IMG/VR virus record: IMGVR_UViG_3300028534_000025
Location: 6,426 to 70,425 of that record
Length of the DNA: 64,000 nucleotides
Direction: 5' to 3' (one strand)
Source: a virus
The notes beneath the pieces were generated by a model that did no database searches, was not told the DNA's origin, and saw only the letters and a list, made by a program, of their open reading frames with translations. A program made the position numbers and the translations under genes. Below are positions 9,390 to 19,675 of the stretch, in pieces. Within the stretch, counting starts at the first letter, position 1, and the number at the start of each line of letters is the position of its first letter.

Positions 9390-10210
9390 TGATAGATATA
9401 AGAATTATTCATGAAAGTGAAATTGATAAAATTAATGGACAAATTGAAACAGATGGTGGATGTATTGATGAGTATTTAACAAAATTCAATTTAGAGAATT
9501 ATGTGAGAGTCGGTATATATGACTATATAAATAAACAAGAAAATAATTTTAGTTTATTATTTTTAAAAAAAGATGATTTTGATAGAGAAATTATTAAATA
9601 TTATTCTAAAAATAAAAATGCAATGAAAAGATTGATTTATTGGAATCAATTTTCGAATCAAGATTTAAATCTTGATTTTAATAAATTTAATAAATCAATA
9701 AAATATGAAATAGAATTATATGAAAGTGAAGGAATATTGGAATATTTTTATGATGATATTATTAAAATATTACCATATTTTAATTTAATAGGACAATGTG
9801 AATTAACTTTATATGTTAATACTATTGATTATATTATAGAATATATTACTAAAAATATAAATTATGATAATTTATTAAAAATATATAATATAAAAAATGA
9901 ATATGTTAATGGAGATTATTTATTTATAAATAAATGGGATATTGATAAAATGTATATTTCTATTAGTCAACAAAATTTTAATGATGTTGCTGAAATATTA
10001 TTTACAAATAATATTTCAATATCTAATTTTAAAAGATTATTACACATTCATTCTCATAAAATTATAAGTGTTGAAATATATGATAAGCTTTTATTATTAG
10101 CAGATGTTTTATCTGATTTAGCATATAATAATAAAAATGTTGAAGCTTTTATAGAAACTTGTATATTAAATACAGATTATTTAAAAACAGGAGACAAATA
10201 CGATGTGTAG
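9389..10210 (+). CDS. hypothetical protein
   Basis: 273 aa ORF. Confidence 0.7.
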   Translation: MIDIRIIHESEIDKINGQIETDGGCIDEYLTKFNLENYVRVGIYDYINKQENNFSLLFLKKDDFDREIIKYYSKNKNAMKRLIYWNQFSNQDLNLDFNKFNKSIKYEIELYESEGILEYFYDDIIKILPYFNLIGQCELTLYVNTIDYIIEYITKNINYDNLLKIYNIKNEYVNGDYLFINKWDIDKMYISISQQNFNDVAEILFTNNISISNFKRLLHIHSHKIISVEIYDKLLLLADVLSDLAYNNKNVEAFIETCILNTDYLKTGDKYDV

Positions 10211-11546
10211 TTATGTTGGATTTACATGTAGTGTAAGTGAGTTGAAAGATTTTATTGATTATAGAGATAATATTCTTAAAAATTTTTTAGATACAAAAGG
10301 ATCTGGTGAATATTGTTTAAAAATAAAATTAATTAATTCAAATATTAGATATGATATACAATCATCTGATTATGACTATTTTATAAATGATATTAAACAC
10401 AATTTAGAATCATTCATAGTATATACAAGAATTGATGTTCTATTTTTTAGAAGAATGGCACCAGAAATGGAAACAGGACATTCTAAAAATCTTCAACCAT
10501 ATTTTACAGATAATAATACGTTAGTTGCAGTTCATGGAACTATTCCTCTGGGTGAAAATAATTCAGAGTTTGATGTTGATACTGATGTTTTTAAATATAA
10601 TACATTTTTAGATTCAATTACATTTACAGAAGAAAAAGGAGGAAAAATATCAGCAATAGAATTAAATAATGGTAAAATAAAAACATATCATAATGGTTTA
10701 GGATTATATTCATATCAAATTGATGATATTGAATTATATTCAAATATTTATATACATTTAGAATTTAAACAAGGTTTAGAAGTTAAAAATGATTATAATA
10801 TTTTTAATACATTATCTAAAAATTATGTCGCTTTATTTAGTGCTGGTTTAGATATAACATGCTCTGTTTATAATATTTTAAGTAATGGTTTTAATCATAA
10901 ATCTGATATATTATATCTTTGGTATTTTGATTGGGGAACAGTTGCTTCACAATTAGAAATTGAAAATGGTAAACAATTTGCGGAAAACTTAATTAAACAA
11001 GGTTATAATGTTAAATATGAAGTATTTGATATACAACCTGCATTTAGAAATATATTAAGTATTTGCGATACTAATGCGCGTTTAATAGATAATGATGCAA
11101 CTGGTGCTGGTACTCATGAAGCAGAAAGTGCAATATCATATGTACCATATAGAAATACTATCCTATTAACTATGGCTGCATCTATTGCTGAACAGAGATT
11201 TCCTAATAATATAGTTAATTTTATTATTGGTGCAAATTTAAGCGAAGGTATGGTTTATTTGGATAATAGTGAAACATTTGTAAGAATAATGAATGATCTA
11301 GTTAAAGTTGGTGGGCAAAAATGTCAATATTTTAATATTATTGCACCATATGTTAATAAAACAAAAACAGAAATGTTAAAAGATTTTGTAAATGTAAATG
11401 ATGATGCTATAACTTGGACTAAAGATTTTAGTACAGTATTTAGTTGTTATTTTCCTAAAGATGGAAAACCATGTGGTAAATGTGGTTCATGTTTATTAAA
11501 AAATAAATCTATGAAAAGAGCATTTCAAGATAATGAAAAGGAATAA
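10203..11546 (+). CDS. gat-queC: Gat-QueC fusion (class II glutamine amidotransferase plus 7-cyano-7-deazaguanine synthase domain)
   Basis: N-terminal Cys2 (MCS), R.APE, QPY, VHGTI, DTD; then FSAGLD, VPYRN, GANLSE..YLDN and SCY...PCGKCGSC zinc site. Confidence 0.85.
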   Translation: MCSYVGFTCSVSELKDFIDYRDNILKNFLDTKGSGEYCLKIKLINSNIRYDIQSSDYDYFINDIKHNLESFIVYTRIDVLFFRRMAPEMETGHSKNLQPYFTDNNTLVAVHGTIPLGENNSEFDVDTDVFKYNTFLDSITFTEEKGGKISAIELNNGKIKTYHNGLGLYSYQIDDIELYSNIYIHLEFKQGLEVKNDYNIFNTLSKNYVALFSAGLDITCSVYNILSNGFNHKSDILYLWYFDWGTVASQLEIENGKQFAENLIKQGYNVKYEVFDIQPAFRNILSICDTNARLIDNDATGAGTHEAESAISYVPYRNTILLTMAASIAEQRFPNNIVNFIIGANLSEGMVYLDNSETFVRIMNDLVKVGGQKCQYFNIIAPYVNKTKTEMLKDFVNVNDDAITWTKDFSTVFSCYFPKDGKPCGKCGSCLLKNKSMKRAFQDNEKE

Positions 11547-11549
11547 AAA

Positions 11550-12119
11550 ATGAATATAATATATAATTTTATAAATTATCTATCAACACTTATATCTATA
11601 AAAAAAGATAAAGAATCGAATAAAAATTATATAATAGAAGATCATCTTCCAAATATAATTTTTAAAAGATATAAAGGTGATTCTGAAAAATCAATAATGA
11701 AAGCATATCAAAAATTAGCTGATATAAAAGATGAACTTCAAAATAAAATTGATGATATTTATTATAAGATACATGATATTGATAATGATTATATAGATTT
11801 TATAAAAAATAATTTTGGTTCATTTAGTAAAAGTGGAAATATTTATATATGCTCTGAAAATGATGCAAATATTGCTATGAATTTTTTATTTGATAATGGT
11901 TATGTTGATCAAACATATAAAGATTTTAAATTTATTCGTGGAGAATTTAAGGATAATTTCTATATTAATTTTATTACACATAATAATAAAAAATGGTTTA
12001 ATATTAATAAAGATATAAATGAATACAATACATATAAAATTAAAGGAAATAAAATTATATGTATAGAAGATGATTATGATGATGACAAATATTTAGGAGA
12101 TATAAATGAAAATAAATAA
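11550..12119 (+). CDS. hypothetical protein
   Basis: 189 aa ORF. Confidence 0.65.
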   Translation: MNIIYNFINYLSTLISIKKDKESNKNYIIEDHLPNIIFKRYKGDSEKSIMKAYQKLADIKDELQNKIDDIYYKIHDIDNDYIDFIKNNFGSFSKSGNIYICSENDANIAMNFLFDNGYVDQTYKDFKFIRGEFKDNFYINFITHNNKKWFNINKDINEYNTYKIKGNKIICIEDDYDDDKYLGDINENK

Positions 12120-12330
12120 AGATACAAAAAAGATAATTATAAAGCATGTTAATAATAAAAATATAAAAGCAATTTCAAAAATTATTATTTTACATAATAT
12201 TGATTTAAATGATATTAGATATATATGTGAGAAAGATATTGAGTTAAAAATAAATACTATTGAAATGTCAAATTTATTAATTGCTATTGGATCATATATG
12301 ATAAAAAAATATATTCATTCAATGTATTAA
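12106..12330 (+). CDS. hypothetical protein
   Basis: 74 aa ORF, AGGAG RBS. Confidence 0.55.
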   Translation: MKINKDTKKIIIKHVNNKNIKAISKIIILHNIDLNDIRYICEKDIELKINTIEMSNLLIAIGSYMIKKYIHSMY

Positions 12331-12743
12331 TGGTTAAGTTAAATAATGTAGAAGATTTAGAAAAAATTATTAATGTAAATTGTAATGATTCTAATAAATT
12401 TTTACATTTTGGTTATATAACTAAATCAAAAGTTCTTGATAGAATGGTTAAGAAGAATTCTAGATTTTATGGAATATATGATAATGGGATATTAGTCTCT
12501 TTTGTTAATTTTAGAATAGATAAATTAGAAAAAGGAACTATTGATATAGATTATATATGTAGTTCTAAAAAAGGATTTGGTTCAAAATTAATAAATGAAT
12601 TAAAGAAAAAATATTCTAAAATTTATTTATTAAGTTTAAAAAAACTAGTAGATTATTATAAATCACATGGATTTAATAAATATGTTTATGATGATAATAT
12701 GAATGATGATAATATATTAGATATGGTATGGGAGAAAAAATGA
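12330..12743 (+). CDS. GNAT-family acetyltransferase
   Basis: IDYICSSKKGFGSKLI acetyl-CoA loop; LVDYYKSHGF motif B. Confidence 0.75.
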   Translation: MVKLNNVEDLEKIINVNCNDSNKFLHFGYITKSKVLDRMVKKNSRFYGIYDNGILVSFVNFRIDKLEKGTIDIDYICSSKKGFGSKLINELKKKYSKIYLLSLKKLVDYYKSHGFNKYVYDDNMNDDNILDMVWEKK

Positions 12744-12967
12744 ATATAGAAAAAGAAGAATATATTAAAAATCTGAAAGATGGTGATTTAGTATATTTTA
12801 AATATAATAATCGTATAGAGATTAATAGATTCAAATCAATATATGAAAATAATAATGATAAGATTAAGGCTTATTTTGATATTGATATGAAAAAAGCACA
12901 TGAAGTAATTTTATATACTAATTATTTAATTACAAAAGAAGAAATGTTAAATTATATAAAGGATTAA
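12740..12967 (+). CDS. hypothetical protein
   Basis: ATGA overlap, GGGAG RBS. Confidence 0.55.
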   Translation: MNIEKEEYIKNLKDGDLVYFKYNNRIEINRFKSIYENNNDKIKAYFDIDMKKAHEVILYTNYLITKEEMLNYIKD

Positions 12968-12970
12968 TAT

Positions 12971-13672
12971 ATGAATACAAATACAAGTATAAATGAAATG
13001 ATGGTGACAAGTACTCAAGATTATTTAAAGAGTGACAAACTTAAAAAATATATTGAAAAACAAACAGAAAATATGATTAATGAATCTATTAAAGATGCTC
13101 TTGGATGGAATGGTAAAATTAAAAAACAAGTTGATGAAGCAATTAAACAAGAACTTCATATTAATATGAAAGAACTAGGCATTGCTGGTCATAATAAATT
13201 TATAACAGAAATTATTGCTAAAAAATTTAAACAATATCTTAGAACAGAAGCTGCTGAAAAAATTAATAAATCAATTGATAAAATACTTGATATAAAAGAA
13301 AAAGATATTAAAATTGAAGAATTTATTAAAGTTTTGAGAAGTTTTAGTTCTGAAAGAAATAGTTGTGATTGTATAGATAGTGAAGATTATGATGAATATA
13401 TTGATATAGATGATGAAGTAACATTTATTGTTGAAAAAGATATTACATATAAGTGGATAAATATATATTGTGATACAAGACCAAATATTAGTGAATATAA
13501 TTGTGAATTCCAATTAATTGTTCATGAGAATTTTACATCTTTTAAAATTAAAGGAATTGATTTTAAAGCAACAGATGTTATGCTTGATTATCAATTTGAT
13601 TTTGAAGATTATTTGTATCAATTGTTTTTAAATAATTGTCATTTAAACTATGATGATTTATTTAAATATTAG
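12971..13672 (+). CDS. hypothetical protein
   Basis: 233 aa ORF with RBS. Confidence 0.7.
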   Translation: MNTNTSINEMMVTSTQDYLKSDKLKKYIEKQTENMINESIKDALGWNGKIKKQVDEAIKQELHINMKELGIAGHNKFITEIIAKKFKQYLRTEAAEKINKSIDKILDIKEKDIKIEEFIKVLRSFSSERNSCDCIDSEDYDEYIDIDDEVTFIVEKDITYKWINIYCDTRPNISEYNCEFQLIVHENFTSFKIKGIDFKATDVMLDYQFDFEDYLYQLFLNNCHLNYDDLFKY

Positions 13673-13693
13673 AAATTCATTTTCTTATAAAAA

Positions 13694-13793
13694 GGATCAA
13701 AAATAATCTTTTATGAAAGGTTGTTATAAATTCATATAAACAGTGTGGATCAAAAATAATCCACTAATATTTAATTAGGATTAAAAATAATCC
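13694..13793. repeat. three copies of the 16-bp palindromic motif GGAT(T/C)AAAAATAATC(C/T)
   Basis: copies start at 13694, 13747 and 13778 (spacings 53 and 31 bp), intergenic. Confidence 0.85.
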
Positions 13794-13807
13794 AAAAAGG
13801 AAAAAAA

Positions 13808-14902
13808 ATGAAAAAAGAATACACATTAGAATTTTTATATACAGAATTTTTAAAAATACATCCATTAGAATGTGATTTTAAAATTAATTCATATATAAAG
13901 TTTATGAATAATTTAAATAAACATTTAACAGACGAATCAATTAGACTCGGTGATAAATATTCTAAAAAAGAAACATTATATAATTATTTTGAAGAAGATG
14001 ATTGTAATATATTATGTGCTAATATTAATTATGAATATTTAGAAAAATTATATGATAATATTATGTCATTAACAACTAATCATAAAAAAATACAAAATTT
14101 AATACAATTAACAAGAGCGTATGATATATATAATATAAATAATAATATATATATCATAAAATATATATTGAATAATATATCATTAGATATGCAGGAAAAA
14201 AATACTGATAATAACTATAATGATGAATCTGATTTTTCAAAATATTATTATCTGGCATGTAAACAAACATTACAAATTTTGGAGATAAATAAAATTGTTG
14301 TTAAATATAATGATAATATTAATATATTAATAAATAAACAAGATTATAAATTTAAAAATTTATATAAAACATATTCAGATATAATTGATAATTCATTTAT
14401 AAATTTAGGATCAGAAGAAATAAATTTAACGTATATTGATGATCATGGAGAGATTAATTATAAATATATACAACCTCAATTATATTTATATTTTGATTTT
14501 GTCAGCTTTAATTTTAAAGATATATTATATAATAATGATGATACTATTGAATATGATGGAGTTTCAATATTTGCATCATTTGATTATAATATTAAGTTAT
14601 TTCCAAATATACAAGATAAAATAAACACAATAGAAAAAAAATATGACCAAATAATTAAAGATTGTTCTACTATAAATTATCATTATTCATTTGGTGATAA
14701 ACCAAAAAAACATGAAGATAAATATATTCAACAATTTATATCATTAACACAATTTGAAGATACATTAAATATTCAATATAAAAGATTAGAAGAAAATATT
14801 AATGTTATCTCAGATATAGTTTTATATATTTATACAACATTATTTAGTGAAATAAATAATATTAATCAATATAATAAATTAAAAAAATTAGGAGAACAAT
14901 AA
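13808..14902 (+). CDS. hypothetical protein
   Basis: 364 aa ORF with AAGGA RBS. Confidence 0.7.
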   Translation: MKKEYTLEFLYTEFLKIHPLECDFKINSYIKFMNNLNKHLTDESIRLGDKYSKKETLYNYFEEDDCNILCANINYEYLEKLYDNIMSLTTNHKKIQNLIQLTRAYDIYNINNNIYIIKYILNNISLDMQEKNTDNNYNDESDFSKYYYLACKQTLQILEINKIVVKYNDNINILINKQDYKFKNLYKTYSDIIDNSFINLGSEEINLTYIDDHGEINYKYIQPQLYLYFDFVSFNFKDILYNNDDTIEYDGVSIFASFDYNIKLFPNIQDKINTIEKKYDQIIKDCSTINYHYSFGDKPKKHEDKYIQQFISLTQFEDTLNIQYKRLEENINVISDIVLYIYTTLFSEINNINQYNKLKKLGEQ

Positions 14903-15294
14903 TGTTACCAATAACAGATTTTCAGAATATACATTCTGACTCAAGTAAAATGGTTGTAAGACATGGTGCAAAAATTCCTCATCATTTAGGAGGAGTTGTT
15001 GTTAATAAAAAAAGTGAAACAGCATATACTATAAATATAGAATCAGATACTCCAGAATTAGAATTAAATTCAAATATTAAAGTATCATGTACTTGTGATG
15101 ATTTTAAATTTAGATGGGCTGCTGTATTATATACAAAGGATGCATTGATTAAACCAACAAGATTTCGATTAGATCCTCCAAAAAAAACAAACCCTAATAT
15201 GGATGTAGGAGCATGTAAACATGTAAATGAATTTATAATACATATTATGAGTTCAAAAATTAGAGGATTTAGCAAAGTTAGAAATGAAATATAA
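14902..15294 (+). CDS. SWIM-type zinc-finger protein
   Basis: VSCTCDDF ... GACKH (CxC...CxH). Confidence 0.7.
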   Translation: MLPITDFQNIHSDSSKMVVRHGAKIPHHLGGVVVNKKSETAYTINIESDTPELELNSNIKVSCTCDDFKFRWAAVLYTKDALIKPTRFRLDPPKKTNPNMDVGACKHVNEFIIHIMSSKIRGFSKVRNEI

Positions 15295-15306
15295 TAAAGG
15301 ATTATT

Positions 15307-18300
15307 ATGGCAATAAAATTAAATTTTAAATTAGTTAATAACATTTATAATTTAGATACAGTGATAAATCCAAATCCTTTAAAAGCAGGTAAGTTTGCTT
15401 TTACTGAAGATGGATTATATTCTGAAGAAATATTTGGACCATTACAAAATAATAAATGTAAATGTGGTAAAGTATTTAGTAGATCAAATAAAGGGATTCG
15501 TTGTGATGAATGTAATGTTCTATGTGATAATAAATCATTACGTTCAAAAACATTTGCAAGAATAGATTTACCCCCAAATATATATGTTGTAATGCCTGTG
15601 TTTAAACAGATATTAATTAAAATATTTGGACAAAGTGCAATTAAAAGTATTTTATCTTCATATAAGTATGAAGATAATAAACAAAAACCATATTTTTTTA
15701 GCTTAGAAGAAAGTAAATTAGTTAAAAAAAGTAAATCAAAAAAAAGCGCCCAAGTTATAAATTTTCCGGTATATGATATAACAACACTTCATTCATTATA
15801 TAAAAGTATGCTAAAAGATGATAAATATAAAGATTTAATATATAATCAAATTATTCATCCAGATATAGCTAAATATATATTTGTCAATTTTGTTATTGTC
15901 ACTCCACCAGATAGTAGACCACTTGCAAAATTAAATGATCAGTATCAAGCACACCCAGTTTCAGCTGCATATACAGAAATATTAAAAAATTTAAAAAATT
16001 CGTTTTTAGATAAAGTTTTTGTATCAAATAGTTCTGGTTTTGGTCAAACTATTTATAAATATCAATCTTCAATCGATAAATTATATGCAGAAATATTAGA
16101 TAAAAACTTTCAGAAAAAAGAAAGTATTATTAGAGAATCATTATCTGGAAAAACTGTTGAAACATCATTAAGAGCAGTTATTATACCTGAGCCTATACTT
16201 AGTCCAGGTGCTGTCGCATTACATGAAGAAACTATTAAAAAAGTATTTATTCCTGAATTATTACATTTTTTAAATCAAGATTATTTAAAAAGTATTGAAC
16301 ATGAAGAGAGTTATACTATTGTTAATTTTGTTGAAAAAGTTACAACTCAGATTAAAGCATCAGGTGATATAGATATACCTATTGAATTATTTAAAAAATT
16401 TATTATAGAATTTGGACCAAAATTAAGAATGCTTTTAGAAAGACCTCCAGTATTATGGAGATATAATATTAGTGGTGTTTTATTAGAATTAGTTTATTTT
16501 AATAATCCAGATTATATAGGAATTGGTGAAAATAGAGTAACTGGTGTTAATACACTTATTGCTGCAATGTTTAATATGGATTTTGATGGTGATTCATTAG
16601 CAGTATATGGATTAACATCAGTTCAAGCAAAACGAGATTGGAATTATGCTTTTGCAGAAAATAGTATTGAATTTGAACATCATAGAGGATTAATAGTTTC
16701 TCCTGAACATGAAAGCATATATTGTTCATATATGTTATCAAAACAAGGTGAATTTAAAGGTGCTATTGATCCAGACGATATCCAATTATATGAAGGTGAT
16801 TTAAATGATCTAAAAATTGATATTGAAAGTTTAAAAGAATTTCCTGACGCACCAATTGAATTTGAAGGCAATATTTATAGCTATGCAACATTAGCAATTA
16901 ATGTTGCAATAAATTGTAATAAAATAATTTATGATGGAACTTATAGATTAGATAAAGGAAATTTAAATAATCTAATTAAAAAAATTAGATCAGAAGTAGG
17001 TGATAAGGACTTTTATAAGTATATTCATAATTTTAATAAATTTTTATTAGAAACAGGAACTTTAGTTCAATATTGTAATCCAACTTTTGATCTAGATGAT
17101 TTTGCAATATCTTCACAAGAAATTGTTGATTATAAAAAAACACTTATCGATGAACCATATATTGCATTTCATCAAAATGATATATTATTTAAAGAAAAAG
17201 TTACTCCAGAAGTAATGAAAAATGATGAAAATATTCTTGGTAGAGTATTTTCATCTGGTGCTAGAATTAAATCAGTACAATTATTAAAAGCTGTTAGTAA
17301 TAATGGTATCCCAACAACAATTTATGGAAAAGCTTTTAAAATGAATATTAAAAATTCATTATTAGATGGTTTAACAAAAGAAGAGTTTTTTATTGGTGGA
17401 GATAGTGCTAGATTAGCTTTATCACAAAGACAAGAAGCAATTCCTAAAGGTGGAGAATTACAAAGAAAATTTTATTATTGTACAGGATTTTTATATTTAT
17501 CTGATGAAGATGATTGTGGTTCAACTAGAGGTTTGGAAATAACAATTGAAAATGAAACACATTTAGAATCATTATATGGTAGATATTATATAAATGGTGT
17601 TGAAATTGATGTTGAAGATAAAACATTAATTGGTCAAACAATTATGTTAAGATCAACAATATTTTGTAAATCTAAAGATTATAAAATGTGTACAAAATGT
17701 TTTGGTAAAAAGAAACCTCAAAGTAAAGCTCTTGGAGCTAGTATTGGAGCATTTTTAAGTGAATCTATTATTCAATCAGTTTTAAGAACTCATCATTTTA
17801 GTGGAGCATTTATTACAAAAATTGATAAAGAATTGATTGAAATTATAAAATCGTTAGAATTTCAATCACCTAATTTTGTAAAAGGACCGAAAGAAAATAT
17901 CGAAAAATTGGAAAATTTTATGATGAATAATTATTATAAAGATGGAGAATTAGAATTTAAAAAGAAAGGTAATAAAACAGAAATAATAATTCATGAATTA
18001 CCTTTTAATGATGATTCAGTTAAACAATTAAAAAATATTGTTGGTATGATTGATAAAGCTAGACCATCATTATCAGAAGAATTGATATCAATTAATGATA
18101 TGTATAAATTCTTATTAGAAAATATTGTTTTACCAAATGGTATTTTAAGTGTTTATATTGAATTAGTAATTAGTATATTATTCTTTGATGAAGATGATGT
18201 TATGATAAGATATTCTAATAAAGAACCAGAATATCAAATAGCATTAAAAACAATCATAGATAAATTAGATCCTAAATTATCTATTTTTCATAATTTTAGT

Positions 18301-18387
18301 AATAAAGCAATTAATAAAATATATACATCAAATACAGATACAAATATAAATCATATGTATAATAATCTAATAGAATGTTATCAATAA
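15307..18387 (+). CDS. rpoC: multisubunit DNA-directed RNA polymerase beta'-like subunit (unsplit)
   Basis: DGLYSEEIFGP..CKCG..CDEC Zn finger, RAVI, ERPPVL, catalytic FNMDFDGD, SGAR, bridge helix GLTKEEFF..AR, DCGS, RS..C..C..CFG, trigger loop QSVLRTHHFSG. Confidence 0.93.
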   Translation: MAIKLNFKLVNNIYNLDTVINPNPLKAGKFAFTEDGLYSEEIFGPLQNNKCKCGKVFSRSNKGIRCDECNVLCDNKSLRSKTFARIDLPPNIYVVMPVFKQILIKIFGQSAIKSILSSYKYEDNKQKPYFFSLEESKLVKKSKSKKSAQVINFPVYDITTLHSLYKSMLKDDKYKDLIYNQIIHPDIAKYIFVNFVIVTPPDSRPLAKLNDQYQAHPVSAAYTEILKNLKNSFLDKVFVSNSSGFGQTIYKYQSSIDKLYAEILDKNFQKKESIIRESLSGKTVETSLRAVIIPEPILSPGAVALHEETIKKVFIPELLHFLNQDYLKSIEHEESYTIVNFVEKVTTQIKASGDIDIPIELFKKFIIEFGPKLRMLLERPPVLWRYNISGVLLELVYFNNPDYIGIGENRVTGVNTLIAAMFNMDFDGDSLAVYGLTSVQAKRDWNYAFAENSIEFEHHRGLIVSPEHESIYCSYMLSKQGEFKGAIDPDDIQLYEGDLNDLKIDIESLKEFPDAPIEFEGNIYSYATLAINVAINCNKIIYDGTYRLDKGNLNNLIKKIRSEVGDKDFYKYIHNFNKFLLETGTLVQYCNPTFDLDDFAISSQEIVDYKKTLIDEPYIAFHQNDILFKEKVTPEVMKNDENILGRVFSSGARIKSVQLLKAVSNNGIPTTIYGKAFKMNIKNSLLDGLTKEEFFIGGDSARLALSQRQEAIPKGGELQRKFYYCTGFLYLSDEDDCGSTRGLEITIENETHLESLYGRYYINGVEIDVEDKTLIGQTIMLRSTIFCKSKDYKMCTKCFGKKKPQSKALGASIGAFLSESIIQSVLRTHHFSGAFITKIDKELIEIIKSLEFQSPNFVKGPKENIEKLENFMMNNYYKDGELEFKKKGNKTEIIIHELPFNDDSVKQLKNIVGMIDKARPSLSEELISINDMYKFLLENIVLPNGILSVYIELVISILFFDEDDVMIRYSNKEPEYQIALKTIIDKLDPKLSIFHNFSNKAINKIYTSNTDTNINHMYNNLIECYQ

Positions 18388-18397
18388 GTTATTATAT

Positions 18398-19054
18398 ATG
18401 TATACAAAATTATGGAATAAAAAATTATTAATGATTCATAAATTTAAAGAGGAATATTTAAATATTCCTCTTGATGATTATATTTTAACATTTGATGATG
18501 GAATATATAATCATTATTTATGGTATAAAACTATTATTAAAAAATTTCCAAATATTAAAATGATTTTTTTTATATCAGGAAATATTATTAATAATACAAA
18601 TATATATTTAGATATTGATTCTCCTGAAGCACATAATATGTATTTCAAACAAAATAGATTAGATGGTTTTATGAGTATGTCTCAAATTATAGAAATATCA
18701 AAAAATGATAATTGTTATATTGGAATACATGGTTATAATCATTTAAATATAGTTAATATGCGAAAACATTATAAACTCAAGGAATTATATGATTTATATA
18801 AAATTGATTGTTATAATATGTTTAATTGGAGTTCAGATTTATATTCGAAAAATATTTTATCAAAAAATATTAATGAATTAATTTATTGTACACCTTATAA
18901 TCAATATGATGAATTAGCAATATCTATATTAAAAAAAGAACATTCAATTTCAAAAATTAACTATTTAAGATTAACGATTATAGGTCCAAAGAGAATTGAT
19001 ATTAATAAATATTTTAGGATTAAAAATAATCCTAAATCAAACAAACAGGATTAA
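18398..19054 (+). CDS. polysaccharide deacetylase (NodB/CE4-like)
   Basis: LTFDDG, IFFIS, IGIHGYNH, TPYN motifs. Confidence 0.75.
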   Translation: MYTKLWNKKLLMIHKFKEEYLNIPLDDYILTFDDGIYNHYLWYKTIIKKFPNIKMIFFISGNIINNTNIYLDIDSPEAHNMYFKQNRLDGFMSMSQIIEISKNDNCYIGIHGYNHLNIVNMRKHYKLKELYDLYKIDCYNMFNWSSDLYSKNILSKNINELIYCTPYNQYDELAISILKKEHSISKINYLRLTIIGPKRIDINKYFRIKNNPKSNKQD

Positions 19055-19125
19055 AAATAATCCCAAATAAAATACGCAGGATTAAAAATAATCCCAAATA
19101 AAATACGCAGGATTAAAAATAATCC
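19017..19125. repeat. tandem array of four GGATTA-AAAA-TAATCC palindromes with a 31-bp period
   Basis: copies at 19017, 19048, 19079 and 19110; 15-bp linkers, two of them identical. Confidence 0.95.
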
Positions 19126-19147
19126 CAAATAGGTGTTAGAAATCTTA

Positions 19148-19159
19148 TATTTCTATAAT
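19148..19159 (+). promoter_or_regulatory. putative promoter, TATTTC-TATAAT
   Basis: same 12-mer pattern recurs at intergenic 1159, 21679 and 38557. Confidence 0.5.
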
Positions 19160-19235
19160 AACTCAAAAGTATTAATTATGATACAAAATAGCATAATTCA
19201 ATATTTTTATAAAAATAAACATTAGGAAACACAAA

Positions 19236-19673
19236 ATGAAAAAATTAAATGAAAAATTAAGAAACATATCAGTAGACAGAGTAGATTTTGCACAAATCTT
19301 TGGAATTAAACATAACAATATTGCTTATAATTTTAGAAAAGGTAAAGATTTAAATATTAATCATTTAACAAACATTGTATCAAAAGATAAAAAAAGAACA
19401 ATATATACTGTTGTTGTTGAAGATGATAATGTTGATCTAATAAATCAAATCAATGAAAGCAATGATAAATTTATAGAAGATGTTAAAAATATATATATAA
19501 AAGTGGATAATAAAAAAGTTCAAAAAAAAACAAAAACAAAAACAAAAGTAAATGAAGACAAAGAAAAATTAGATGATAATAATATAAAAGTTGATGTACC
19601 TAAAATAGATTTATCAAATTTGGAAATTCCATCAGATAAAATAACAATGGATGAAATCAATATACAGGAATAA
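19236..19673 (+). CDS. putative Xre/Cro-like HTH protein with acidic tail
   Basis: RVDFAQIFGIKHNNIAYNFRKGKDLNINHLTNIV fits the HTH pattern. Confidence 0.45.
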   Translation: MKKLNEKLRNISVDRVDFAQIFGIKHNNIAYNFRKGKDLNINHLTNIVSKDKKRTIYTVVVEDDNVDLINQINESNDKFIEDVKNIYIKVDNKKVQKKTKTKTKVNEDKEKLDDNNIKVDVPKIDLSNLEIPSDKITMDEINIQE

Positions 19674-19675
19674 TT

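Noticed and set aside
10203..11546. QatABCD or type IV CBASS defence system
   Set aside because: No QatA ATPase, TatD or CD-NTase nearby; FolE, QueE and a DpdA-like gene point to DNA base modification
15307..18387. Bacterial chromosomal rpoBC locus
   Set aside because: Too short and divergent, not adjacent to rpoB or ribosomal protein genes, and surrounded by T4-like topoisomerase, ligase and many small orphan genes
19017..19125. CRISPR array or mini-array
   Set aside because: Repeats (16 bp) and linkers (15 bp) are too short, two linkers are identical, and no cas genes are in the window
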